The notes: generated by a model from the letters alone, not told the origin. Shown: positions 25,201 through 40,000, numbered from the stretch's first letter. The stretch is DNA of 64,000 nucleotides from Raillietiella orientalis (GCA_036172245.1 JAYWIR010000006.1:4278001-4342000); one strand, 5' to 3'. Numbers and translations are program-made.

Positions 25201-28019
25201 GGAAACGAGGGTGACGGCCTCCTCTCCTCTACCGTCCTCTTGGCACCCCTCCTACCTCACGTGACTACCGTTTCTCGGGGGATTCTTCCCTCTCCGGATC
25301 CCGCCTACGGTGGCATTCCAGATTTCGGGTGGAGGGTTCTCGGGAACGGCGGGGACTGCAGCCCCTCCGGTGCTTCCTGACTGCTGACGCAACGGAGCCC
25401 ATTGGTAAGGGAGTGGAAAGGCAGGCGTTACGGCGTGTCTCGAGGAGCGTCCGTCCGCTCTCCTAGACGCTGCTGTCCCGTGGACTCTGGGAGGAAAGGC
25501 GGGGGGCTTCCCTCTCGCCTTCGCTCCTCCATCGCCTATCGACCTGCGGGATCCTTCGCGAGGGGGGGTGACGCTCCTTCGTGCAATCAAGCACACTCCC
25601 GAGGAGAACAGCGACATCAGCGGACGAACGGCAGCGTTCTTGACCAATGCTGATGCATGCGGCCCTCCGCCCGTGCGGGGTCTTCCAGGCTGTTGGAACC
25701 ACCCCTCTGCCCCCCGTCATAGAGGGGATGGTCCCTCCCCACCCTTTCCCTCCTCGCTCTACGACCCGCTCTTTCCCTCTTCCTCCTCCTCCGCTTGGGG
25801 GCGGGAATCCGTCAGAGCTCAAGACGCTGAACCGGGGAAGATGTGGCAAACGGCCGAGGATCCCCTGCCGCCTCTCGCAACCAGATATCTCGGGAGGATC
25901 GGGTGGCGAAGGGGCGCGCACGGAGAAGTGATGACGGCGCTCCGCATTGGCGTTCGGACATTGTTGCGTACGCCGCGGTGGGCGACCGAACGCACAACCT
26001 TTCCGAAGTCGATCCGAGAACTTTCGCCAAAAGGCGAACCCGGGCGGAAACGACGCGCGATCAGCCCTGGTCACGTGATCGGTTTGGGGAGTTTCCGAAT
26101 GCCGCGGGTGTGGCGAAAGAGTCGCCGGTGGCACTCACGGAGAAGTCTCTTCGGCGGCCCGAGCCTCCCCCAAGGTGACTCGAGCGATTGCGCGCCGGCA
26201 GTTCTTGCGCGGAAGACGACCCCCGCTCCGGGCGCCCTTGCCGCGTTTCATGACCGCGGGATTAGGAGCCGGGCAGCGGAGGGCATCGAAGATCGCGAAG
26301 AGGACGGGGAAAGGAAAGGGGGAGGAGTAGACGATGTCGGAATCAGGAGTGCCCGACCACCACCACGGAGAGAGAGAGAGGGGGGAGGGGAGGCTGTGCA
26401 CGGCCAGAGAGCCCGAGGATGCTCATCCTCTCAGTCACGGCGAACGAGCCTGGCAGACTGAGCGTCTGCGGGCGTTCCCTTGGAAACGGGAACTGCGGGT
26501 TACCGGAAAGTGGATGTCTGGCGAAGGTCGGTTTGCAGCATGAGGGCGAGGAGGAGAAGCGAACGCCACGCGGAGACCTTTCGAGTCCTCCCCTGCCCCT
26601 GGAGGGGGATGCTCCGTCCGAGAACGAGAGATCGGGGACAGCATTCTGGAGGGGGGCACCCAGGGGAATCCCCTGAGTTTGTTGGTCCCTGAGCCCCACG
26701 AAACCTTTCGCCCTCGTCGCACCGATCACTGAAGGGAGGGGCGACAGGTCCGATGAAAAGCCGGGATCCGAGCGGGAGGAGAGAAGGGGAGCCGAGGGGG
26801 ACGGCGGTCAGTAGAAGGAACGTCCTTGTTTTCCCTGGATGCCGGTCGTCGATCACCCTCTCCAGACCCCGTTGCCCTCTACGCGCGAAGAAGTCGAAGA
26901 CCGCCCTTCCCTCATCCCTCAGCCGGGGTTCGGGAAAAAGGTGGTCAGTCAGAGGACACTCCCGGGGAAGGGAAGTGGCCTGCGGCGGCATTCCGCCCGC
27001 ACCTCCCCGTGAGGAAGGCGAGGGAAAAGAAAGAAAAAAAGACGACAACTACGATAAGACCAGAAGGAGGCGACGAATTTCCTGCCCGCAGGACGCCGTC
27101 CAGGCGGAAGCTGCAAGGACGTCGCGCCGCGAGGGAGGCGGGCGTGGGAGGGGCGCGCGCGCAACGGAGACTTCGACCTGCGCGTCCGTCTGCGACGGCC
27201 CAAAGTGGCCGAGCGCCGTCCGCTCGCTGGACCAGGGAGAGGGAGGAGCGGGCGTGGCTGCGACGGCACCGCCCACCCGCCCGTTCCTCCCGGCGGCAGC
27301 GGGCGGGGATGGCGCTCCTCCGTGCCTCCTCCTCCCCTGCTTCCGGAAGAGACGGGGGTATCACCAAACGGAGGAGTGTTGCCGGGGGGAGTCCCGGCAG
27401 GAAAGCGGTTGGCGAGATGCCCCTCCTCCCCCGGAAGAGTGCAATATGAACGGGGAGGGGGTTCAGGGGCGGTAGTTTCCCGGACAACCAGGGCGGCGGT
27501 AAGGGGAACCGCACGCCCCCGACGAAGCCTCCGCCCCTCACACGCGGAAGGTGGCGACGGTCGCCCTCAGCAACGGAGAGGAGAGGGAGGGCCGCGCGCG
27601 GGGTAAAGGAGGCGGACGACGGGGGAAGAGGCGGAGGAAGCGGGAGGAGGGATCCCGGCTGCACGGAAACGGGGTGGTGAGCGGGTAATGAGAAGGACTC
27701 CGGAGCGCACAAGAGGGCGGCCGGCCGAGGAGAGGAGGGCGGGGGGGAGGGCGGAAAACCTGAGGAGAAGGAAGGCTCCGGGGAAGCACGGCCGGAGGAG
27801 ACGTCACCAAGGCAACGGGCGGAGGACGGCTGGGCGCGCGGCATTCCGAGGCGGAAAGTCGATCGCCGCGCGGCGCGCGGGTCGGCGAGTCGCTTCGTGC
27901 CGATGGGCAGGTGTGCGTCGCGCGGACGGACGGCGGTGGCGGCGGCGACGCTCGCGCGCGCCCGCTCGGACCTCCCGTGACCTGGCAACCCGGCTGCTGC
28001 TGCTGCTGTGGCGACCGCC

Positions 28020-31000
28020 ATGAGGGCGCGTGAGTACCACCCCGGCGCTCCCTCGCGTGCCCCAGGGAAGTCCCCTCCTCCGCCGCTCTTCCTCCTCCTC
28101 CTCTTCCCCCCTCGCCCGCGAGAGATGGCTGTGGCCGCGGCAACGGCGAGGACGGGAGCTGCTCAAGGGGTGCCCGGGGGAACGGAGGGGAGGAAGGAGG
28201 GAGGGGGGAACGACGCCCAGCCCGGCCGCAGGACGCTCCTTCCTCCCCTCCGAGCTGCGTGAGGGGCGGCTTCCCGGCGCTTCCCTACCCCACTTGTCAT
28301 GCCGCTCCTTCCGCGGAAAACGCGCGACCACCTTCCACCCCGGTTGCCCAGGTCTACCGAAATCCCCTCCCATCGACCGGAAGGGACGGCCGGAGAAGGC
28401 ACGCAGCTGTCCACGAACGCAAGAAGACGGCGGAGTGACCGTTGTTCTGGAAAAGAGGACCGCTGGCGTTCCCTCTCCCCCCCCCCTCCCCTTCCTTGAA
28501 CTCCCGCCACGCCCTGAGGTCCGCACGAGATGGTCGGCACCGCGTCCTGCGATGTTACCTTCTGCTCGCTGCTGTGGTCGCGCCTTCTCTCCCCCTCCGT
28601 TCACCCTCCAGCAAGGGGGTATCCCCTTCGGCGGGATCCGTCAGCCGGGGACAGCGGGATCTAATAAAGAGATCGCCGCGGCCTCAGCAGCGCGTGCGGT
28701 AAGCTTCAGGATGTGTCCCCAGCCCCCTTCCCTCCCCGCCCCCTTCCACTTCCTCCCACCCCGTCCCCAGGGCGACGCTGACTGATCGCTCCTGGGTGCT
28801 TCCAGACGCCGCGGACCCGGACGCCGGGCTCGACTACGTCCTGGAGGACGAGGAGTACATCCGGAAGCTGCAATCCGGTGAGAGGGGGCGGCGGGGGCGC
28901 GGAGATGACGCAAAGCAATCGGAAATACAGAAGAAAAAAAAAAAAGGCGCCGCCGCCGCCGAACGGTCGCGTTGGCGGGCGGGAAGGAGGGGAAAAAAAA
29001 TTCGTCCGCGCGCGTGCAGACGCCTGCGTTTTTTTTTGTGCTTCCCTTCTGGGGAGCGCGCGCGAGGCAGAGGCGCGCACCCTACGCGCCGCCCACGAGC
29101 GCGCGCGCGGCAAGGTCGCTCGAGCCCCTTCCAGGGACGCTCGTTCTCCCGGGAAGGGGCGGCCGGTCAGTGAAAGGCGGCGGCGGCGGGGGCGGCCGGC
29201 CTCTCCCCTGCCGAGGACGCGCGCCAGCGGGCGGACGCGCGGGGAGGGGGGCGGGGAAGGAGGGGGTGGGGAGAGTTGCTGTCCCTCACCCTCCGACCCT
29301 CGGCCCGGGCACCGCCCTCCCGGAGACCCGCCTGCCCGCCCGTGCGGGCTCGAGAGACCGCGGACCGAGCGCTCGCCCTGCCCCTTCCCCGGCGGAGAGT
29401 GGCCTTCCTCCCGTCGCCCAGTTGCTTCCGGGGCCGCCTGATCCCGGCTGCGGGACGCTTCCGGACCGGACGGCGCCGTGGTGACCCGGTGGCTTCTTGG
29501 TCCGCACGGAGCCACTTACGCAAGCGTCGTCCGGGCAACAGTCGTCGTGGCGTCAGCAGGGGCTGCCTTTTCCCTCCGCCTGCTAGCAAGTCCATACCTG
29601 CAGAGGGAGGGGAAGCGGGGGTCGTCCCCCTGGCACAGAGAGGGTCAGAGAGGCGCCCGCCCTCGGGTGCACCTCCCTTTCTCCTCTCCTCCCCCCCGTT
29701 CGTGGGAAGCGCCGCCCCTCTGCGGGCCGCGCGCGCGCCTCGCCTCGGAGGTATCCAAGGAGACGACAGGAGGTCCGCTGCCTCTGGTTGCCCAATCGCT
29801 TGCGCTTGCACCGCCTTCCCGCGCGGATTCTCTCGCCCGGCACGCCCTGTCACCCTTCCGCTCCCTGAGAGGCGGGCGAGAAGCCAGCCGGCTCCCCGCT
29901 CGCGTTCGAGGGGAACAAGGGGCCGGGGTCAGGAAGGGGCTGGGCCAGCGAGCAAGGCCAGTCTCTTCCCGACCAGGTGGGAAACGGCCTTCGAGTGTGA
30001 TGAAGGGGTAGAGAGGAAGGAAGCAACCGATTCAGGGCCCTAAAGCGAGCCGTGTGGGATGACCGTTTCGCGCGCGGCCAGTAGGGTGACGAGGAGGGCG
30101 CCCTCCTTCCTGGTTCCCCCCTGGCGCAAGGCGAAGCAGCCTCCGCGTGTGCCGGTCGGCCGGCCGTGACGGCGGCGGCGGCACGCACGCGCGGAAGGCC
30201 GCCTCCTCAGGGCAGAAGAGAGAGAGCCCCCCGTAACGCGCGGAGGGACCGAGAGCTCTCCGGCCGGCGCGCCAATCGGTGGCGGACTGATCCTCTCGTT
30301 ACCCATTTGCGACCCGCCCTTGGCTGGGCCCTGGTTCGGAGTGGGGCGATCGATCCCATCCCCTCTGCGCCCCCGCTCCCTCCTGCCGAGCCGCGAGCTC
30401 CGTTCGCCGGGTCGCGTTGACTGGGAAACCGAATCGCCGGAGACTCTAGAGACCAATCCGCTACGGGCCCACTACCCAGTCGAGGTTTCTTCCTCGATGC
30501 CCGCGGGGGCGATGTGCGCCCCCCCTGGAGGTCCGAACGTCTCCAGAGAGAGGACCAACCGGAGACCCAGCGGACGACTCTGCTCGCAGCCGCGGGAAGC
30601 AACGATCCCTCCCATGCCCTGCGGCGTTTCTGGCCCGCGTTCTCCTCCACGACAACCTCACGGCTGCTTTCCTGGATGCATCCCCACTAGGGCGCGACAG
30701 CAGCAGCGGTGGCATGGGAGGGAAGGGTGTGGCAGGCGTTCTCGGGTCCGGGCTTGTTGGAGGGGGAGGTGCCTTCTCCTCCCGCAGGAGAAGAGCACCG
30801 TCCTTCCTGAGCGGGTCTCGTGCGTGGGGGAGCATCCGTCACTCAGGGCGAGGAGGGGGTGGGGAGTAGGGGTGAGCGAAGTCCCCTCATTCCGTCTCTC
30901 TCTTTCCAGCTCTGGATTCCGACAGTGCTGCCGTTAAGCGTCAGGTCTTCGAGCTGCTGTCCGCCCTCTGCGTTCACAGCCAAGAAGGCCACGACCGCGT

Positions 31001-34000
31001 CCTGGAGTTCCTGCGGGAATACAAGGTAGGCCGACGAGGGTGAAAGGGGATGCTGCGCGCTCACCGTGTGCCCTGAGACTCCGGTCCCACGTGCTGCCCT
31101 TCCCGCATTTATCACACTCTCCGGGGAGGGCGGGCGCGTGCTCTCCCCCGGAGCAACGGATGCTGCAACGCGCAGTGCCCATTCCTCCCTCGCTTCCCCC
31201 TCTTCCCTCCCTCCCCCTTCCCCGTCGTTGAGCAGGCTTGACCCACTCCGTGGGGGCCATCCACGGTCTGCACGGTCATCCCTCAGACGGACCTCCGAGC
31301 AGAGCTGTGGCCCAAACAGCGGTGACCGCGGGCGAACGCTCCAGGGGTCAAGGAAGGCGGCCGCTCGCAGAGCGGCGTCCACGTGAGGGTTCGGCGCTGA
31401 TCGTCTCAGAGGCCGTCGGCGTGGACGGGTTCCACGCTCACGTGGCGTGGAGCCCGAGCGCGCCTGTGTGGCGGTGCGGCCGCATTGAGGGCGTGTGCGC
31501 TCCGCAAGTTCGGAGGGTGGCGAGAGACGTCCTCACGGCTCAGCGTGGCGTTCACATCCGCACGCGAACCGCGCTGTGTCCGTGCACGTGATGCCGCAAG
31601 CACGTGCGCATTGCTCGCTGCATGTGCGTGGTCAGTCGCGACGCCTGCGCGAGCAGCGAGGGGCGCATCTGCGTTCGAATCACGTAGCTCGGCATGCACG
31701 GAGTGGTGTCCACATATATCAACGTGGCCCTTCGCACCCATTCCCGTGCAGCGCAGGATCCACGTACAGCCGGCCCCTCGCGAGCGGCTTCTGCTGCATT
31801 CCTCGTATCCCCTGCCAAGTCCTGGATCTTCCTGGCTCTTCCCGGGATCGGCGATTCGCAGGCACGAGCTCGGGGATGCTCTCCGAAAACGAACACCCTC
31901 CGCGTAGGTTCCTCGGCGGCTCCTTGGGACGAGGGAGGGATTGAGCTCCACCTACCCACTCGCCCTGGGCCCGTATTTTGCGCTTCGCTGATTTCTCCGA
32001 GCCGCCTCGGGGACATCTACGGAGCTTTCGCTTCCATCTTCCCGCTGCCTCCTCCGTGGAGGAACGGGCTGCCTACTTCCGGGGACTCTTCGTGGCTGAG
32101 GGATCAGCGGAGGCGTGGTTGATGGGCTCGCAGTGGAGCGCGGAGCCCCGTGCGAAAAAGATCCCGCTGGAAGGCATGAGGTGGGCTCGGGCGAGGCGGT
32201 GCGCCCTCTCTCGGGCACGTGCAAACCGCTGTTGTTTCCTTCCCAACCCTCCGACCGAGCTGGAGTCTCCACTCCGGCATCGCCGACTGACAGGGCGCCT
32301 TGGATTGACCCGAGACGAGCTGCCGAGAGAGAGAGGAAATGCGTTTCGTGGGAGGAGGAAGAGGAGAAAGAGGAACAGGGAAGCTGCGCACGGGAGTGCC
32401 CTCTGCTCCACGGAAGGAGTTGCAAACACATCTCGGCGGTTTCCAAGGCGACGCGACGCTGCGGCACGCGTTCCATTGTCGCGGAAGCTTTCCTCGACAA
32501 TGGAACTTTCTCCGATTGTTGACCATAAGTTTTATTGTTCGTCAAGGCATAGCCCCTCCCTCACGTGCAATTTTGGAGCGTTCAAAAGCGCTTGCCAACC
32601 GCAGAGGATTTTCTTGCTTCGACCGCTCATCGTCCTTTCAAGCAACGCCGCTACCTCGAGCAACGTTTCTTCCCTCCTCTCCCCCTCCCATTCCCGCCCA
32701 TACTCCTTTTCGCGTGCGTTCGCTCTTTCGCGCGCGTCAGCGCTTCCCTCTGCGCACTCTCTTCGGTCCACTTTTCCTTACCGAGCCTTTCTCCTTTGCT
32801 TCCTCGTGTGCACCTGTGTTCCACCCGCCCCTTGACCTCTGCCTCAGCAGAGCATCGGCGAACGAAATCCCCAAGGGGAGCTCTCGAAACTGCGCAAAAC
32901 CGAATTGCGCGAAAGCAGGGATCGGCGGCAAAAACCGGAAGGCGCTTTTTCGCCGCCGCCGAACTTCCGAGTGAGCGCTCGCGAGCCAGGCAGAATGCGT
33001 GCACATGGCGTGCTTGCCCGTGGGCGGTCATACCGAGGGCGCGAGAGCCGTGCTGGTGTGGCCCGAGCTAACACCGCGTGTGTGTGCGCGTCGCGCGCGT
33101 GCAGCGGCACGGGTAGCTAGCGAGCGAACGCAGCAGGCGAGCACCTCCGCACGGCCTCGCCTGGCAGCTCGCGTTCGAATCGAACTGGCCGTCCGTCGTC
33201 AAACGGCGGCGAGCGCGATGCTGTCTCCGAGCATGACGTCATCAGCGGAGAAGTCCGAGCGCGCGGCGTCGCACTTTCCCGTCGGCCGGCACAGCGCGGC
33301 TTCGTGCCGCCATCGAGGCGGCACCCCATCGTGACGTCAGCGCTCACGGCATCGCAGGACGGCACGTTCCGGCCATCCGGCTTGTTTCAGCGGCGTTATC
33401 CTGTCCGACATCCCGAAATGTATCCACCATGCAAGCACTTGGCAACGGCCAGGCCCTTTGGGCCACACCACCTTGTCTTCAAGGTGACCATCTCTATTTT
33501 GTTTTTGTCCCCACCCCCCTTTTGGGGGAGGGGGGGAGGGGAGGGGGTGCATCCCAACGAAAGAGGCGCGCGCGCACGTTTTCTTATGGTTTTCTAGAAA
33601 GCTCGCGCTTGCGCTCTCAGCGGCGCGGACTTCCGAGGGAGGAACGCTCGCCCAGCAGGGCGGGGAAGGAGATGCGCACGCGGCTCGCCTCACCAAGAGC
33701 GGCGGCGGCGGCGTGTCCCAAGGGGAGCTCACCAGAGAGGCACCCGCACGCGAAGGAGGTCGACGAACCTTCCGCGGTCGCCGCCGCGAGGACCGCCGCA
33801 CCGCGCTCTGAGCTCCCGCCCGCTCCCCCTTCCTGGAGGAGCCGCCTTGCGCTCCGGACGAGCCCACCGCGGACCGCTCGCCCCCTCCCCAACCCTCTTC
33901 CTCCAGCGACGAGGGAGATCCCTCCCGGGGAAGCTGCGAGTGGGGAAGCCCTCGCGAGCGCCCCTGCCCCGAGAGGCTTCGCGAGGCGCGGCGGCCCCTC

Positions 34001-37000
34001 CTGCGGCACGGAAGGCCCCCTCCGAGCGGGGATCGGCGGCGCGACCCGGATGAACGAACGACTCGCGACGGGCGCGATCGCCCGCGAGGTGAGAGGGGTG
34101 GTCGCGCCCTCCTGCGGGGAAACGCTCGACTCCAGCGCGCGTCTCCTCTTCCCTCCCAGCGCACCCGCTTCGCTCTCGCTCTTTTCGCTCCCCCTCGCTT
34201 CCCACGAGGGGTCGAGTCCATCGGGCAGGGAGGGCCGCACAAGCCTACGCGGGACTCTTCCACCCAGCATTCCGGGATCGCCTCTCCGTCTGTTCACCTG
34301 AGGCCGCGTTCATCGAGGGCACGAAGGGCTTCCCCTCTCCCGCGGTCCTTTGCAAGGGGCTCCGTCGACGGCGTAAGAAGCCGGGCGAGCGGCTCCCAAG
34401 GATGCCAGGCACACGGGAGGCGCGCGGTTGTCCGCCCTGCAGCAGTAAGAGGTGAGCGCGCGCCCCAAGCGCCTTTCTCGTTTCCTGTGATTGGCACAGG
34501 CCGCGTCGGAAGGTGGGCGGCAGTGCCCTGTGCACCGAAGCCTACGGGGTCTCCGAGAGGGCACCCGGAAACCCCTGTGGTCTCAGGCGCCCAAGGAAGG
34601 GGCAGAAAGGTGATGGCGGTCCGCTCCAGGGCCCACTGGAGGGTTGGGGCGCCGCTGCTGCTCGCGCGACTTCCGCAGCGAGGCGACTCTGCTCGCGAGA
34701 GCTCCCTTCCCGGTCGGTCGGCATCGCCCGAACGACGCGGGGCAAAGGGAGATTCGAGGACTCTGTCCGTCGATGCGGGACACCAAAGACGCCTCCCTAT
34801 GACCCAGAAGGGAAGCTCCTGGCCCCCCTGCCCCGATCCCCAGCCTCGACCCTCTCTCCCAGAGCACCGTCCGGTGTCTCAGCGAGAGGGGTGGAGGACC
34901 GTCACAGGAGTGCCCGGTAGAGGGGAGGGTCCAGCTCAACTATCCCTGCATCTACAGAACGACGAGCTTTCACCTTCTCCGCCCGTCGTTAGGGACGCCT
35001 CTGGCCCGCCATCTCGCCATTCCAGGAGTTTCTCTTCCCCCTCCCTCCGCTCAGGGACTCGGGAACCGCACATGGCACGTAAGGGGGGGAGGGAGAGGCC
35101 AGGGACGTCTCCTTGGAATACCACGCAAGGGCGAGTCCTCTTCCAGGAGGCTCACTCCCTGCTTCCTTCCTCCGGTCCCTGAAGGGAAGCCGTCCACCAG
35201 CCTCTGTTTCCTTCTCTCCAGGCTCGTCATTTTTCGGGAAACCCCTGGCTCCCTGTGCTCGTCCGTTCCGCTTTTGCACCCGACCAAAGAGACGGGGAAG
35301 GGAACCCGCGGGATGCTCTGGGACCTCTCCCTGTTCCTTTACCACCCCTGCGGGCGCTCGAGGCCCTCCTCCCGTGGCTTCCTCCCCTCAACCGTTTTCC
35401 TCTCCTTCGGTGCGATCCTCCTCCCTGTCCCCCCCCCCCTCCTGCGCTTGTCAGAGAGCCATCCAGCGCTGAACTGCCTCTCAGAGGGTCGCGCGCGTTC
35501 CTCACGGTGGTTCCTAGGACGACGGTTGGGGGGAGTGCGGCACGCTCCGGGATTCCCCCCTCGAGTGGCTTCCTGACGGGAAGCACCGGAAGCACGGCCA
35601 CCTATCTCCTGGCACCTGTCGCCTCGGCACTCGGGTTGCAGACGGCGGTGGGCGTGGGGAGGAAGGGGCGTGGGTTCGACCTTGGGAGGGACCTTGCCCT
35701 CGCGAAGTCTCCGTGCGGATGAGTTGGAAAGGGAGCGAGCTGGAAGGTGGTCCGTCCCCTTCGGCAATCGGGCCAGACTTGGGGAAGAGGCATGGGTTGG
35801 GTCTCTCCCCCCTCTCACCTCCACTTGGAGCTCCGCCCTTTCGCGAACGTTCCGAGCATGCCTTTCTCTGCTCCCCCCCTTTCCTCTTTTCTTCTTTCCC
35901 TCCGGAGGTGGTTGGGATTACTCCGGCGCTTCCCCCCCACCCCCCACTCCCAGCTTCTTCCACTTGGCCTCAAGGACACTGAAAACTGTCCTCAGGGGTC
36001 TTCCTGAAACTGGATGCACGTCTGCATGGTGCTGTCTATGCCTTTAGAAAGAAGAAGAGGGCGGGGCGGCTCCGTGATGTGCCCGAGGGCGACGCAGCGT
36101 GGGCGAATCTCCTTTGACAACAGCGTGGAGGGCGTTTCTCCTCGTCGCGGTCCACAGGTGGCGTGAGCACACAAGTGACTCCCGGAGATCCGCCCTTCTC
36201 TCCCCTTCTCGCAAAGCACTACGGGGGAGCGGGGCGACCCTCATAGGCAGCGACAACCGAGCGGAGGGCGTCCCTTGTTTGACCTTCCTTGAGGGTGAGG
36301 TGCAGGGGGGGGGGGAGGAGAGTCCTGGTGGACGGAGAGGATCGTCGCAAGAGGTGGCTGTCACTTGCAGAGAGTTCCGTCGGTCGGACCCCGACCTTCG
36401 ACCGAAGTCCTCGTGCACTCGCAGTGGAGACAAAGTGGGAAGAGTCATCCAGAGGAATAGACGGAAGTTCGAGAAGAACCCGGCAGCGACCCCTGCAGTG
36501 TCCGAGTCCCGCGGCGAACCTGAGAAGGGGTCGGCGGGACTCGGGAGTGTCGCGCAAGCGCGTGTATGCAAGGACATGTTCAAACCGCGTGCATGCTCGC
36601 TCGAGAACACACGCGCGCCGATCTGCCTGCAGAGGCGCACGCAGGCAACTTTGCAGCGCGCACGCGCGCGCGCGCGCGCGAATGAGCATGTGTGCGGGCG
36701 TGCGAGCAGCCTGCGCGACGGGGGCGCGCGCGGGAGAATCCGCTTTCATCGCCCGATAGCGCCAGACTCCGCGTCGCCTATCCGGAGGCTTCCGGAGCTG
36801 CATTGTTGGAAAGAGGAGTGACCGGATGCGGATAGCGTCTCCGCGCATTGTTGCCGAGCGGAAGCTAGTGCCCCTCCTCCGTCCATTGCTGGGGAGCGAG
36901 GCAGGTTCTCGCGCCAGCACGAGGCGGACTTTTTTTTCCCCGCTGCTAAACCTCCGTCCTTCAGAGCCATGGAACGAAAACCATCGCCGTCGATGGCCTC

Positions 37001-40000
37001 GCGACTGCAGCGACCCCTCCAAGCGCACCCGGGGAGACCGGAGGGGCTGCTCCGAGTTGCGACAGTAATTGGACCTGGCTTTCCGGTTCGGGTGGTTCCC
37101 AAGCCAGGGGGTCTACTCCACGAACGCTGCGCGGATTTCCACAGAGAGAGAAGGACAGGAGGAGGCTCTCCCTTTCCTTCCCTTTCTTCCGCCTCTCCCA
37201 GCGCAGGTCTCAGCGTCCACCCGACGAGTGCGGGAAGCGCGTGCGGGAGATCGGGCGAAGTGCTGGACGTTCGACTTTCTTCCGGAAGATCGAAGACCAC
37301 AGCTTGAGGTTCTCTCTCTCTCTCTCTCTGGCCTGGCTTTTCCCTCGACCGGCCTCTCCGCTCAGCCCCGAGGGCGCGCAGTTCCGCCAAGCCCTTTGCT
37401 GCTCCTCCACGTTTGACGGGCGATTCCGGCTCCTCCGAGAGAAGCCGAGCAGCCAGGCGTTCCGGGGCCGCCCTGTAGCATTTGCGCCCCAGAATCCTGC
37501 CTGGAGAGAGTGCAGCAAAGGACCCATGCGACCCCTCCTCCACCTTCCTGTCCGTTCCCGCGAGCACGAGGACGGGGACTCGCCGAATCCCTCGCTCGTC
37601 TCCCGACATCTCCGCTCCGTCAGCTGCCCACGATTCAGTCGCAAGTGCGAGCAGTCCGTGGTCCAGAGTTCGCCAGCCATTCTTTACAAAGCACGGAGAA
37701 GCGACGCTCTGCTCCCGGAAGGGGATGGCTTCCCCTTCCGCGGTGCGAAGTCACTTGCGTTGCCAAGTACCGCCGTCATCTTGGAGACAAGCCCCTTTTC
37801 CGTCCCCGGACTCCGAGTTCTGGAAGATAACGGTTCCCCCCCCCTCCTCTGCCAGCACTCCGAAGGGAGGAGAAGGTTTCTCTTAGATAAGGCTCGCGAG
37901 AGCGTCTCCTAAGAAGCCGCAGCGGCTCGCGAAGTCAATACGGATGGCGCGCAGTCCTCCTCCCTGAGGGGCCACCCGTGCCTCTCGTCCTGTAGCGTGA
38001 CCCAGGGGAGTATCCAGGTTCTAAGTCTTTTTTTTTTTCATCCCTGGCCTGTGTCATGACCTTCCTGACCTCCAAGCGGAATGTCGGGTGCCCTGCAAGG
38101 TGCCCTGCAGCGGTCCCCAGAGCCTCCGCAGAGGCCCTTTGGCTAACGAACAGCTGCCTGGCCGTGCCCCATCCGCTTACGAGGGTGCGTGAGCAGAAGT
38201 GAGCATTCCCAGGAAGACCACATTTCTGGCAGGCGGCGATGGGTGAGCAGGGCAAGCCCATGCTCTTCCTCCTCCTCCTCCTCCCTCATGAGGAGCTCCA
38301 CGGAGGCCAACATCCGTTAGTCGCTCACCACAGAAGGCCAAGCCGAGCGAAGCGCTCCGAGCGGGAAGGACAGAAGCAGGGGAGGCTGCTGGCAGGTCGC
38401 CGCGCGCCGTCGTCCCGGCAACCGATCAGTAGACTCTCTGTCGCGCGGAGCGCCTGTGGTGCGTTGCCTGCGGTCGTGCCCGGAGGAAGGACAGGTGGCC
38501 AGCACACGGGAGCGCGGGTCTTCCCTGATCCAAGGTCCCGGGAAGAGGAGGAGGAGGAGGAGGAGGCGGGGTATAATTCGGGAAGACGTCCAGGAGCAGG
38601 TAAAAAAAAAAAAAAAAAGACAGCGCGATCCCGGCGGCGGTTCCGGGGATATGGGAGACAAACGCTCCCCTCCCCTTTCTCCCCTCACTTCCGCCTCCCG
38701 CGCTGGAGGGTTGGCGGACGGCAGAGCCACCGAGCGTCTGCCTGCTCGAGGAAGCGCCACCACACCCACCCACGCTCCCGCTGTGGCGCGCCTTGCTGCC
38801 TGGCAACCGGACTGCTTTCCGACGGTGTTGCACCCGGCCAGTCTGTCCCCACCGCAGCCGCCGTCCCCTTTGCCCGGCAAAGGATGTGGGGAATGAAACG
38901 ACCCCGGATAGTCCGGTAGGAGAGCGAAGCTCACGGTCTCTTTTCGCCGGGATCCTCCTGCCACATGTCCGGGAACGGGACCATTGCGGCGGCGGCGGCG
39001 GCGGCGCCCTCGAAAGTTTCCCTCCTGGAAGGACTCCTGTCGGCGCTTGCGGGCGGTGCTGCCACGCGGTGCGCTTCGCTACGTGCAGCTTCCGCATGCA
39101 TTCTCAGCGCGCGTGCGTGCGCGCGAACTCGCTGGAGAGAAGACGCGCGGTGCTTCTGCACACATGTGTGCACGCGTTAGCGCGCAGTGCGCGGCGCGTG
39201 GGTCCGCGAGCGAACCAGCGCGCGGACACAAGAGCTCGCGTTCGCGCGCGCGGCATCTTGGATGCTCCACACGCACGCGTGTCCTACGTCCACGAACCAA
39301 TGTGAGAAGACGTGAGCGCTCGCTCGCACGTCACACGCGTGCCGGTGCACTCAGGATCACACGTTTCGCCTCGCGATGCGCAAGTGCACGGCGCGGTCAC
39401 GAGGGTGCAGTCCCCAGCTCGGTCGGAAGGTCGCCGGAAGATCTTCCAGGGGTCCCTCCCTCCCCTCCCTGGAGGGTGCCTCGACCCTCCACGGAGGACC
39501 CTCGAGTCTGCCCCGTCCCCGGGGGTCGAGCGCTCGGTCCGGCCCACTCAGAAGTCTCTTCTGCAGTGAACCTCCTTATCTCCACGGAGACGCGGCCGCT
39601 GCCCCCGCCTTCGCCTTATCTTCGAGAGAGCGCTCTCCGGGGAGGCGGCAGATGCGCGCCTACCGGGCGACGGCGGAGCCTCCGGTAAGCATCTCAACCT
39701 CGCTCGCTGGTCGGTCTGCTCTCCCAACCCTCTTCTCGCGTCCCCTCCGCCGTCCCCCGCGCGTGCCGGCGGCGTTCCTCTCCCTCAATGGTCAGGAGGC
39801 GAGTGGCGTCCGCAGCGACCCCTAAGGGGCCGTCCCCAGCATCCGCGCCTTGCTCCAGGGCTCTCCGCTGGAGGACCTCAGTCTCCTCCCACCCCACTCC
39901 TCGAACGGCATCAAGACCTGGCCCTCCTGGAGAGTCAGCAGACCGCACGACGACCCTCAGGCTCGGGCCGGGCCTTCGGCGCATCCATCCTGATCATTGC

